From the NCBI GenBank assembly GCA_964016885.1, contig OZ024742.1, positions 201,562,001-201,626,000 of the forward strand: a stretch of 64,000 nt of DNA. The letters are read 5' to 3'. The DNA comes from Eledone cirrhosa (lineage: Eukaryota). Positions 28,751-41,796 of the stretch are shown here, one piece after another (positions within the stretch are counted from its first letter, which is position 1; each line of letters starts with the position of its first letter). The notes under the pieces are model-generated. The model saw only the letters and a program-made list of their open reading frames with translations. It was not told the DNA's origin and searched no databases. A program made the position numbers and the translations under genes.

Positions 28751-28904
28751 TCCCTTTTCCTGCTACATCAAGCGTTAAATTAATATATTCCCTCCGTATA
28801 CTGTACCGTTTGTGTTGTTATTTCTGTTTACCTTTTACATACATATATACATATATGGGGGTGTATATGCACAACGTTACTCTCTCTTCCTGCCCCTCTC
28901 TCTC

Positions 28905-28978
<74 letters not shown>

Positions 28979-29076
28979 TATAAATATACATATATATAAA
29001 TATAAATATACATATATATATAAATATGCATATACATATATACATATACATATACATATATATATATATATATATA

Positions 29077-29503
29077 TATTGTTATACTTTGGGAGGGTCA
29101 TGTTGCCAATAAGAAACACACGCACCAGTGCTTTCACTTCAATTTATTATGATAAATTTATAAATTTAGGAATTTATAAATTTCCGGTTGGTTGGTTGGC
29201 TCCACAACCAGACGGTTGTTTATATATAAACAGAGAAAAGAATCCCCAGTCAATGAAGAGGTCACAGAATGTGTGACGGAAGAACTTTGACAATATATAA
29301 ACAACCGTCTGGTTGTGGAGTCAACCAACCAACCGGAAATTTATAAATTCCTAAATTTATAAATTTATTATAATACATTGAAGTGAAAGCTATTGGTGCG
29401 TGTGTTTCCTATTGGCAACATGAGCCTCCCAAAGTATAACAATATCGGTTTCAACACACGTTTTCAGATAAAGAATCTTGCTAAACAAATTCAGAAACGA
29501 AAT
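29077..29503. mobile_element. Tail-to-tail Nematis-like pLTR fragments (29077-29227 inverted vs 29293-29443) with mutated HHR 29249-29291
   Basis: Matches 44490-44757; core reads ATGAAGA/GGAA; (TA)n on both sides. Confidence 0.88.
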
Positions 29504-29515
29504 ATATATAAATAA

Positions 29516-30644
<1,129 letters not shown>

Positions 30645-30671
30645 TATATAAATATACATATATATATACAT

Positions 30672-30702
<31 letters not shown>

Positions 30703-31009
30703 AATATACATATATATAAATATACATATATATATATAAATATACATATATATATAAATATACATATATATATATATATATATAAATATACATATATATA
30801 TAAATATACATATATATATAAATATAAATATATATATATATACATATATATATAAATATACATATATATGTATATATATATATATATAAATATACATATA
30901 TATATAAATATACATATATATATAAATATACATATATATATATATATATACATATATATATACATATATACATATATATATACATATATACATATATATA
31001 CATAAACAC

Positions 31010-31458
31010 ACACTAGTCACCCAGCAGACACAATACTATACACACTAGTCACACAGCACACATAACACTATACACACACGCAAACGCATGCGCAAAGAAG
31101 ACAAAATAAAATGAAATAAATAAACAAGCAAATAAATAAATAAATATATAGACAGACTGAATAAAAAATGGCGTAGACATACAACACAACAGGAGGAACA
31201 AAGAATATATAACACCACTGACGATGTTGCAGATGTGCAACGAAAGATTTATGTAAATTATGTAAACTATATATATGTGTTTGTGTCTATATTGTATCTG
31301 TATTATTTTTGACCGTCGGTCAGTCAATGGCAACATTGAGGACCGAGTAAGTTAGATCGCAGATATAAAAGACAGCGAGAAGCGAAAACCAACCAAACAG
31401 TGAGTGTGTTCTGTTATTAATTCTGGCAATATTACGCAAATATGACCCTCCCCAAGTA
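31010..31458 (+). mobile_element. Diverged Nematis-like pLTR with HHR at 31214-31254
   Basis: Shares CGCATGCGCA, AATGGCGTAG and ATGACCCTCCC.AAGTA with 44400-44695; ca-CTGACGA-tGTTGCA gatg TGCAAC-GAAA-gatt-TA-tg. Confidence 0.7.
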
Positions 31459-31481
31459 TATATATATACATATATATATAA

Positions 31482-31566
<85 letters not shown>

Positions 31567-31682
31567 TAAATATACATATATATATATATAACGAAGGAAA
31601 TGTGGTAAGGAACCAGATGGACCATAACGCACCAAAGTACTCAAAACTTAGGGTAGTAGAGTGGGTAATAGGAGCGAGTAGG

Positions 31683-31778
31683 ACCCCGACGGCTGAGCTC
31701 AAGCCGTTTCGACGGCTAATTCTGGACTAAATGAAAATGTTTATCCTGGTATATGAATAGCCGAGCTTCTCAGGGGGT
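31683..31778 (-). ncRNA. Hammerhead-like ribozyme with CTGAGAA core (inverted pLTR copy)
   Basis: Reverse complement of 36073-36168. Confidence 0.7.
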
Positions 31779-32746
31779 AATTCCATATATGGTAAAAGTG
31801 ATTGTCACAAGGATTGGTCAAAAGTTTGTTGTTGAGACACATAATTCTATCATGGCAACTTGTGGTAGGAAGGGGTAGCTGAACCTGCCAGTAGAAGACA
31901 GAGGGAGAGGGGTGGAGGAAACCCAGTCGTGCGTTGATAGTGCCAACTACAGCAGGGAAGTAGGTGAAGGAAGTATACTAGGGAGGGGGAGGGGGAGGAA
32001 GTCGAAACAAAATGTAAAACAATATGGGGTAAAAATATAGAAAATTACCGAGAATGTTAAGAAATCAATTAAATATAAAAAAACAAACAAACAATTTCTG
32101 AATACTATTTCCTAAGGACAGCTATCAAGTCTCTCACTGGTACTGCTAGACTAAAGAAAAGTTTACTAGGTGGGACGGAATTATAATGAGAACCTTTTAA
32201 GAAGTAGTAGTAATCAACCGAGTATATCTTACGGTGACGGGTCAACAAGTGGTGGGCCAAAATACTAAAGAAACTACCACGAAATAATAATTCAGAGTCC
32301 CGAGACTAATACGAAATAATTGTTTCTACCCTAGGCACAAGGCCAGCAACCACCCAGTGCAAAAAATAAACTAATACGAAATAATAATTCAGAATGCCGA
32401 AAAAGAATACTAATACTATCTCTAAAGGTGGCGCTACGATACAAAAATTCTAGTGCAAACTACACAAATGCTCGTACGAGGTATATGAAAATTTGATACG
32501 GAAAATTAATTCAGAATCCCCCCCCCCCAAAAAAAAACGGGTTGAGCTCAGCCGTCGGTGTCCTACTCGTTCCTATTGCCCACTCTACTACCCTAAGTAT
32601 TGAGTACTTTGGTGCGTTATGGTCCACCTGGTTCCTTACCACATTTCCTTCGTTATGTAGCTCCTATACCTGTAGTAGAGCACTTTCCGACACTACCACG
32701 CCGTATCCCTTCTTTTCCGCTAAGCTCAAGTTCTTTCACCCGCACC

Positions 32747-34874
32747 ATGCCAAAACACAACATCGACTTCTCTACCAAGAACATCCCAGTTCCACCGAAA
32801 AAACTTTACCTTCGGATGCTCACGCAAAAAATCGATCTATTTGCGAAAAGACTTAGATGGAGAACTTTTTTCTACGACAGATATTGCGACAATCAGGACT
32901 TCGGTACTAAGGAGAGATTCGGATTTAATACCTACAAATCTCCCCCTCCGAACCCTAGGCTCTCACCCTTCGAGAATGACCTTTTCCAACTGGCCAAGAA
33001 CATTAAATTCAAACCCAGACACAACCGATTCCTACAAAAACTCCGTAGCAACTTAACAGAGTATGATAACACCAATGACCTCATGGTGCACTCGGATAAA
33101 ACTGGTAACCTCTACTTCGTCAACCCCGACAGATACCACACACTTATCAGGAGCAGCCTAAACTCCACCTATAAAAAGGCTAACCACTCATGCATCGAGG
33201 ACATAAATCGAGATGGACAACAAATTACCTCCAGCCTCGGGGTCGCCGACCGCACGTAACCCCTAGTTCGACGGACACCCTACTTCACACTGAAGGACCA
33301 CAAATCCGATTTCCACCGTAAACCTTCTATCAGGCTTATAAACCCAACGAACTCCGACATAGGGAGAATCAGCAAAAAAATCCTAGACCGCGTTATACCA
33401 AAAGTTAAGCAACACGCCAGACTTAGCCTATGGGTCAACACCCAGGAAGTAATCTCATGGTTCAGCAATATGGAGGACAAACGAGACACTAAATTCATCC
33501 AGTTTGACATAGAGAGTTACTATTCTTCAATTACCTTACCGCTACTTACGGCTGCCTTGGACTTCGCCGAAACACTTGCGCCCATCACCGACAAGGAAAG
33601 AAACATCATCCTCCACGCCAGGAAGAGAGTCCTACTCTTCAACAACTCCAAATGGATAAAGAGAGCTCCCGACTCACCCTTCGACGTCAGCATGGGCGCG
33701 ACGGATTCGGCTGAGGTCACAGATCTTATAGGATTATTTCTACTAGCTAAACTCACCGAGATGTTTCCTGCATTCGGCGGTGGATTGTACCGTGATGATG
33801 GGCTCCTTACCCTTAAAGGGTACAACCCCAGTAGTACAGACCGGGTCCGTAAACAATTAATCATCTTCTTCCGCGACTGGGATTTGAAATAACCCTACAA
33901 ACGTACCTGACCCGAGTAAACTTCCTGGACGTTACCCTTGACCTCGATAATGATCTGTACTACCCATACAGGAAACCCAACGACAACCTGCACTACATCC
34001 ACCGCCGGTCAAACCATCCTCGGAACATCACTAATAACCTGGTTAAAAACATCTCCCTCCGCATATCTCTATGTCCGCTAATGAGCAGATATTCGAGGAA
34101 CATGCACCCTATTACAACCAGGCCCTCAAGCGGAGTGGTTTCCGGGAGGAAATATCCTACTGTCCAGCTTTCATTAGCGGAAACAGCAGGCGACACCGCC
34201 GCTCACGCAATGTAACATGGTTCAATCCTCCCCACCACGCCGAGGTGACAACTCCTATGGGGAAGATCTTCTTTAGGCTCATTGAAAAACACTTCCCACT
34301 ACAGCACCGCTACCACAACATAATTAACAAAAATACCATCAAACTCTCCTACAGCAGCACACTAAACTTTGCACAAAACATCGTCTCCTCTAACAACAAC
34401 AAACTCAACCCCTATGGAAGAAATAAACTAAATAGCAGTGGAGAGCCGACCAGGAGGTGCAACTGTCCTGATGGATACATTTTCCCCCTCGACAACAGAT
34501 GCAGAGATCGTAATGTGATCTTCCAGTGCAACGTGAGGACGGACACCTCCAACAAATCTTATATAGGATTAACTGTATGTGACTTCAAGACCCGTCTATA
34601 CCAACACAGACATACCTTCCGAATCCCGGCCCGGCATCACGCCACCACACTTTCGGGCCACATCTGGGACCTCAAGGATAACAATATTACCTATGATCTC
34701 ACTTGGAGCTTACTGCCCAGAGTCAACTCTTACACGGGAAGACGCCGTCTGTGCAATTTATGCTCGGAGGTAACTTTACAAATGCTGTTTTCGACGGACC
34801 AACACCTAACCAAGAAAGATGAAATGGTAACTGCATGCAAACACAAATTGCGTAGGACTTACCTCACCCTTTGA
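32747..34874 (+). pseudogene. Naiad-like PLE RT + GIY-YIG (stop at 33257, frameshifts near 33890 and 34070)
   Basis: FSTKNIPVPP, HSDKTGN, LKDHK, FIQFDIESYY, FDVSMG, GGLYRDDGL, NFLDVTLDL, SNHP, WFNPP, CNC, YIG, CNLC, CKH. Confidence 0.92.
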
Positions 34875-36072
34875 GGGCGAGGTAATTCCTACGCAATGAC
34901 CCGGGGGTAGGGGGGGGTAGACAAGGGCTGTAACACCCCACTTGCCGACTTTGTAATGGGTAACCCCTGCTTGCAAAGGTAGACGTAAGATCTTTTATAT
35001 ATCTTTTTATCGCTTCCTCTATAATTCCTTCTTCCCCCCATCCCTCCATAGTCCTTCCACCCCTGTCCTCTTTCTCTGTCGTCGTCTTTTTCACTTTCTC
35101 GCCCACCCAAGGCAGGCCCTCGGTCCTTTGTAGCCTCAGTACCCCCACCCCCTTCCCCTATTATATGATAGAATTGGCCGACTCCGCTTTTTATAGCAGA
35201 TGTGATAGACCCCGGATATTTGCCTTCTTATCCGATGGCTGCCCCTTTTTCGTGCTTTCTACATCTCTTAGTGGTATCTTAGATTTAATTTCTCGTATAT
35301 CAGTATTTATTTTTTTTTTTTGGGGGGGGGAGGATTCTGAATTAATTTTCCGTATCAAATTTTTCATATACCTCGTACGAGCATTTATGTAGTTTGCACT
35401 AGAATTTTTGTATCGGAGCGCCACCTTTAGAGACAGTATTAGTATTCTTTTTCGGCATTCTGAATTATTATTTCGTATTAGTTTATTTTTTGCACTGGGT
35501 GGTTGCTGGCCTTGTGCCTAGGGTAGAAACAATTATTTCGTATTAGTCTCGGGACTCTGAATTATTATTTCGTGGTAGTTTCTTTAGTATTTTGGCCCCC
35601 CTCTTGTTGACCCATCACCGTAAGATATACTCGGTTGATTACTACTACCTCTTAAAAGGGTCTCATTATAATTCCGTCCCACCTAGTAAACTTTTCTTTA
35701 GTCTAGCAGTACCAGTGAGAAACTTGAGAGCTGTCCTTAGGAAATAGTAACCAGAACTTTTTTTTTTTATATTTAATTGTTTTTTTAACATTCTCGGTAT
35801 TTTTCTATATTTTTACCCCATATTGTTTTACTTATTGTTTCGACTTCCTCCCTCTCCCTCTCCCCTCCCTAGTATACTTCCTTGACCTCCTGCCCTGCTG
35901 TAGTTGGCACTATCAACGCACGACTGGGTTTCCTCCACACCCTCTCCCTCTTTCTTCTACTGGCAGGTTCAGCTACCCCTTGCTACCACAAGTTGCCATG
36001 ATAGAATTATGTGTCTCAACAACAAACTTTTGATCAATCCTTGTGACAATCACATTTACCATATATGGAATT

Positions 36073-36168
36073 ACCCCCTGAGAAGGTCGGCTATTCATAT
36101 ACCAGGATAAAAATGTTCATTTAGTCCAGAATTAGCCGTCGAAACGGCTTGAGCTCAGCCGTCGGGGT
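36073..36168 (+). ncRNA. Hammerhead-like ribozyme with CTGAGAA core and long stem III
   Basis: ACCCC-CTGAGAAG-gtCGGCTA...TAGCCGtc-GAAA-CGGCT tgagctc AGCCG-TC-GGGGT. Confidence 0.72.
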
Positions 36169-36180
36169 CCTACTCGTTCC

Positions 36181-36248
<68 letters not shown>

Positions 36249-36319
36249 AATATACATATATATATATATATATATAAATATACATATACATATATATATA
36301 TACATATATATATATGTAC

Positions 36320-36366
<47 letters not shown>

Positions 36367-36389
36367 AATATACATATATATATATATAC

Positions 36390-36468
<79 letters not shown>

Positions 36469-36469
36469 C

Positions 36470-36640
<171 letters not shown>

Positions 36641-36772
36641 AATATATGTAGGAGGTGAGTTTTATTGTAGTACAATAAAGCAATGCAGATATCGGATAAG
36701 AAGCACTCTACAGTTTGTGGGACTGGAGTATGCATAATATAAGATCAAAAGATGGTTAAAGGAGTTCCATAT

Positions 36773-36841
36773 ATTTTATTATGCGCATTTCAAAAACAAA
36801 CATCATCAAGCAATAATATTTGTGTCTTCATCAGATAAAAC
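36773..36841 (-). ncRNA. Hammerhead ribozyme type I (left arm)
   Basis: Reverse complement of 36967-37035. Confidence 0.85.
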
Positions 36842-36966
36842 AGGAGAACATGATATGAAGGCTAAAAAACACTTGTTGATAGTGCAGTTTTAAATCATCA
36901 TATCATATGATGATTTAAAACTGCACTATCAACAAGTGTTTTTTAGCCTTCATATCATGTTCTCCT

Positions 36967-37035
36967 GTTTTATCTGATGAAGACACAAATATTATTGCTT
37001 GATGATGTTTGTTTTTGAAATGCGCATAATAAAAT
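36967..37035 (+). ncRNA. Hammerhead ribozyme type I (right arm)
   Basis: GTTTTAT-CTGATGA-16 bp GU-rich stem II-GAAA-TGCGCA-TA-ATAAAAT. Confidence 0.85.
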
Positions 37036-37119
37036 ATATGGAACTCCTTTAACCATCTTTTGATCTTATATTATATATAAATATATATATATTTATATAT
37101 ATATATATATATATACATA

Positions 37120-37215
<96 letters not shown>

Positions 37216-37256
37216 TATACATATATATATATATATACATATATATACATATATAC

Positions 37257-37403
<147 letters not shown>

Positions 37404-37591
37404 TACATATATATACATATATATAAATATACATATATATATATAAATATACATTAGAATTTATATTTACCCGGCAATTGTTCCAGGAACTAAGACCTAG
37501 AGTCACTGTATTTTCTAAACCATCACAGTCACCTGTAAAATACTTAACTTATGTAAAGAACATCACCATAACATGGTTGATTCAAACCCAA

Positions 37592-37628
<37 letters not shown>

Positions 37629-37636
37629 CATACACA

Positions 37637-38212
37637 ATGTGTCACAACATACGCCAGAACACGTGCGAACACAAACACTCACCTTACCTTGAATCAAAGA
37701 AGAACTACAGTAATAACTCTTCGCTTTTTCTACAAAAACACCCTATCGCACACAACATGAACAAAAAGCACAAACACGATAGGTATTCCTTTGACCAGAC
37801 CATGAGAAGTAGTAAAACCAGGAGATCATTCTCAAGATCTCAACAGAGACTACCAACAAGGAATGTGGAAACAAAACGTAGAATAACCAGATCACTCTCA
37901 AGATCTCAACAGAGATTGCCCACAAGAAACTGGACGAAAAAACGATCTAAACCTGAAAGCAAACCTAGGTCATTTTCCCAGATTGTTAAAAATAATGCTA
38001 ACAGGAAGAAAAATAATATACAGAATACCAAAAATAGGACAAAATACATAACGAAACCAAATATAATATCACGACCAAAAGTTCATCAAGCGAACACCAA
38101 CAGGAATATAAATCCTGAACAGAGAAAAATTCATTTTTTAACGTCAGGACAACAAAAACCGGAAAAAGAAAAACTCCAGGAGGAAACATACCCAAAACAG
38201 CTGTACACGTAG
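37637..38212 (+). CDS. Basic Arg/Lys/Ser-rich upstream ORF of the Neptune-like PLE (191 aa)
   Basis: Open frame from ATG 37637 with duplicated RS.SRSQQRLPTRN; overlaps the RT frame; T_TTT_TTA at 38134-38140. Confidence 0.55.
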   Translation: MCHNIRQNTCEHKHSPYLESKKNYSNNSSLFLQKHPIAHNMNKKHKHDRYSFDQTMRSSKTRRSFSRSQQRLPTRNVETKRRITRSLSRSQQRLPTRNWTKKRSKPESKPRSFSQIVKNNANRKKNNIQNTKNRTKYITKPNIISRPKVHQANTNRNINPEQRKIHFLTSGQQKPEKEKLQEETYPKQLYT

Positions 38213-40431
38213 ATCCTAAAATAATTAATTTATCTAAAAGAGATCTTGACAATGATGAAATGCAAATTCTGTCAAAAGGACTGAAATTCACACCGACTCC
38301 AACAGTCAACCACCAAGAACTGAAGGCGGATACCCAAGAATTCTGTCGAAAATTACGTCTTGTAGAATTCTTCGCTGATAAAAATAATGAGAGTGATGAA
38401 TCACTAGTAAAGAATAAATCAAATTTCACTCCGCCAAAAGGTAGAAATATCTATCTCGACCAATACATTGACATCCTGTCTAAATTTCCTCTTAGACATA
38501 ATACTAATGTTAGGCCAAACATTAACAAATCAGAAATGTCTGCACTTAAACGTATACAAAATGATAAAACAATAATAATTAAACAAGCAGATAAAGGGGG
38601 TGCAGTTGTTATAATGGATACTGAATACTACAAGGATTTGGTTGAGGAACAACTGAAAGACACAACATTCTATCATGAAATACCGTCAAATATAGATCAC
38701 AACATCATGAAGAAGATCAACAACCTGGCTTCAAAATACCACAACCCATTTACTGATAAGGAAAGAGACTACATCACCAATTTTGAGCCGAAACCCAGCA
38801 ACCTGTAAGGCCTACCGAAAGTTCATAAGTCAAAAGAAATACAACTAGCAGTAAGAGAACAAAACAGTGAGTACATTAAATTATTACACCCAAAAGACTT
38901 AAAACTTAGACCTATTATAGCTGGTCCAACATGCCCCACTCACCGTCTAAGCAATTTTGTTGACATTATTTTGAAACCACTATGTATTCACATACCCAGT
39001 TTCATCCGGGAGGATATCGACTTCCTGTCCCATCTTCCCAAAATCACGGAAACGAATGCACTTCTACTCAGTTTTGATGTGGTAAGCCTTTACACCAACA
39101 TTACACATGATTTAGGAATAAAGGCGGTTAAATACTGGGTGGAAAAACATAGAGAAGTGATTCCCATTAGATTCACAGCGCCATTTATATTAGACGCAGT
39201 TAAACTTATTCTGGAAAACAACACTTTCTTCTTCAATGGAAAGAATAACATCCAAATTAGAGGCACAGCGATGGGAACGAAGTTTGCTCCCGTTTAGGCG
39301 AACTCTGTAATGGGATACTTAGAACAACAACTCTACCAAGAAATAGAGGAAAAATATAGTACTGACTTTAGAAAGTACATTGAAAAATCTTGGAAGAGAT
39401 ACCTTGACGACTGTTTCATCATCTGGACAGAATCTCTAGATACTCTGGATGAGTTCAATATCCTCCTCAATAACCTACACCCATCTCTCCAATTCACAAA
39501 AGAGATGAGTAGGACCAAATTACCATTCCTCGATATAATGATAATCAAAAACGACACCACCATTACCACGGATATATATTATAAACACACAGACACCCAT
39601 CAATATCTGAATTTTAAGTCGTGCCATCCACCTCATACAAAACGCAACATCCCATACTGCCTAGCCAGAAGAATTTGTACCATTGTAGAAGATACGAATA
39701 CCAGGTACAAACGCCTAACAGAACTAAGAGAATTTTTGCTCAAACAAAAATACCCATCTCTACTTATAGAAAATGGCATACAGCGGGCTATAAAAATACC
39801 TATACAACAACTTAGAACAACCCAAGGAAGAAGAAACCAAGAACTGATCATACCATTTATAATGACACACAACCCATGTCACCAGAATATCTTCAACACT
39901 GCCAAAGCAAACCTACCGATCATTGCTCAAAGTAATGAATTAAAAGGCTTAATCACAGATCGATCAAGACAGCCAAAAAATTTGAAGCAATTGCTAACAA
40001 AAGCAAAGTTTGACCTTAACAACAAAGACCAATCATTCACTGTATCTAAATGCAATGATAATCGATGCGGCACATGTCAATCCATACACGCCGGTCAATA
40101 TATGAAAACAAAAACTGGAAAAATATTCCCAAATGCAAATATGAACTGCAAAAACAGAAATCTAATTTACTGCATTAAATGCCCGAATTGTGAAGAACTA
40201 TATGTCGGTCAAACTGGAAATGCACTATCGGAACGTGCACGGGTACACCGTCAACAAATCAGAGACCCAAATGTCCACCAGATACCCCTAAGCGGCCACC
40301 TGGCAACATGTGGTCAGGGAATATTTATAATATTCCCATTCTACAAATTACACAGCCCAAGTGAAATCAAGAGAAAAATCAAAGAAAAGAATTTTATTGA
40401 TAAATTCAAACCCAAGCTAAATGAACAATAA
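38134..40431 (+). pseudogene. Neptune-like PLE RT + GIY-YIG (single frame, stops at 38806 and 39295)
   Basis: IINLS, LSKGLKFTPTP, KQADKGGAVV, GLPKVHK, RPII, FDVVSLYTNI, GTAMGTKFAP, RYLDD, LPFLD, SCHP, C..RC.TC, LIYCIKC..C...YVGQT. Confidence 0.93.
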
Positions 40432-40786
40432 TAACGCCTAGGGGTATTACTTCTCCTACCACTATGACCACGACCACTAACAACAACAACAACAATAATA
40501 ATAATAATAAAAGTGATGTTGATGGTGATGATTAATAGAAAATGCTATTTTCATCATTTCAAAAAGCAAAACAATTGATACGTTGGATATGACTATTGGT
40601 CGTTAGCATGCTCAACCAGCCGTGACGCATAAACCAATCAGCTGTAGTAATTCAGTGAAACTACACACTGATTACAGGGCTTTGCATTCTGGAGCCACTT
40701 TTCTCTGTATAAAATGTATAAAAGGTAGGAAATTTACCAATCTCATTACAGTTGAAAATTGCAAACTCGACTGTCACCACATATCA

Positions 40787-40825
40787 TGAACCTGAAGATT
40801 GCGAAAGCATGAAAGTACTTGTTCA
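40787..40825 (+). ncRNA. Minimal hammerhead ribozyme type I
   Basis: TGAAC-CTGAAGA-tTGC gaaa GCAt-GAAA-GTAC-TT-GTTCA; palindromic stem III. Confidence 0.85.
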
Positions 40826-40998
40826 ATTAACACTTAGAATTTAATATTCTATCATACTATTTCATTATAATACCATTATATATATTTTAAAGGATTGTAA
40901 ATAAAACGAGTAAATCAGACAAAGTTGGAATTCCTCTTATTAACATAATCTTCTATACACAATCATACACACCCGTGTATATTTACCTATCTATATCT

Positions 40999-41047
<49 letters not shown>

Positions 41048-41234
41048 TATATAAATATACATATATATATATAAATATATTGTTATACTTTGGGAGGGTC
41101 ATGTTGCCAATAAGAAACACACGCACCAGTTGCTTTCACTTCAATTTATTATATATTTATAAATTTACAACTTTACAAATTTATAAATTTCTGGTTGGTT
41201 GGTTGGTTCCACAACCAGATAGTTGTTTATATAT

Positions 41235-41279
41235 AGTCATAGTCCTTTCGTCACACACTCTGTGACCTCTTCAGTGACT
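41235..41279 (-). ncRNA. Hammerhead ribozyme type I (inverted pLTR)
   Basis: AGTCA-CTGAAGA-gGTCACA/TGTGAC-GAAA-ggac-TA-TGACT. Confidence 0.85.
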
Positions 41280-41796
41280 GGGGATTCCTTTCTTTGTCTC
41301 CGTGCCTCTCCTTTGTTCTGTCCTACGCCATTTTGTTTCTGTGTGTGTGTTGTGTGCCCAGTTTGCGCATGCGCCACATCCGGGTGTCTGTGTGTGTTTA
41401 TGTTCATTTATCTATTTGTTTATTTATTTTTTTATTTACATGTTATTGGTTGGTTGTTTGTTCTATGTGTGTGTGTGGTTTCATTTTGTCCTTAATTGTA
41501 AGTTGTGATGTTGCTGTTCCACTCATATTTTCTATTTAATTTTGGTTGTAATTCTTTTATGTTTATTGCCTCTGTAATTTTGCATCTTTTCTGTGTGTAG
41601 ATTCTATTTTTATTTCTATGTTCTCTAATTTACCCTTGTGTTCTATCTTAGCATGTTGGTAGAGTACAGATGATTCTTTATTATCTTGAAGGTCTCGCAA
41701 GTGTTCATTTATCCGTTCCCCTATACTACGAGCTGTCAAAGAGAATAACCAAGACGAACACACAGACACACAAAATAGGGTAGATAACAACAATGA

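Larger units (their letters stand above)
31588..36181 (+). mobile_element. Naiad-like PLE (family B) with inverted 5' pLTR (31588-32537) and 3' pLTR (35327-36181)
   Basis: ~860 bp inverted repeat around an RT/GIY-YIG ORF; both outer ends in (TA)n. Confidence 0.92.
36734..37074. repeat. Perfect palindrome, 170 bp arms, 1 nt spacer (36904)
   Basis: Arms are exact reverse complements as far as read by eye. Confidence 0.95.
37630..40975 (+). mobile_element. Neptune-like Penelope-like retroelement
   Basis: Upstream basic ORF, RT/GIY-YIG ORF, 3' region with HHR; flanked by TA-rich repeats. Confidence 0.88.
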
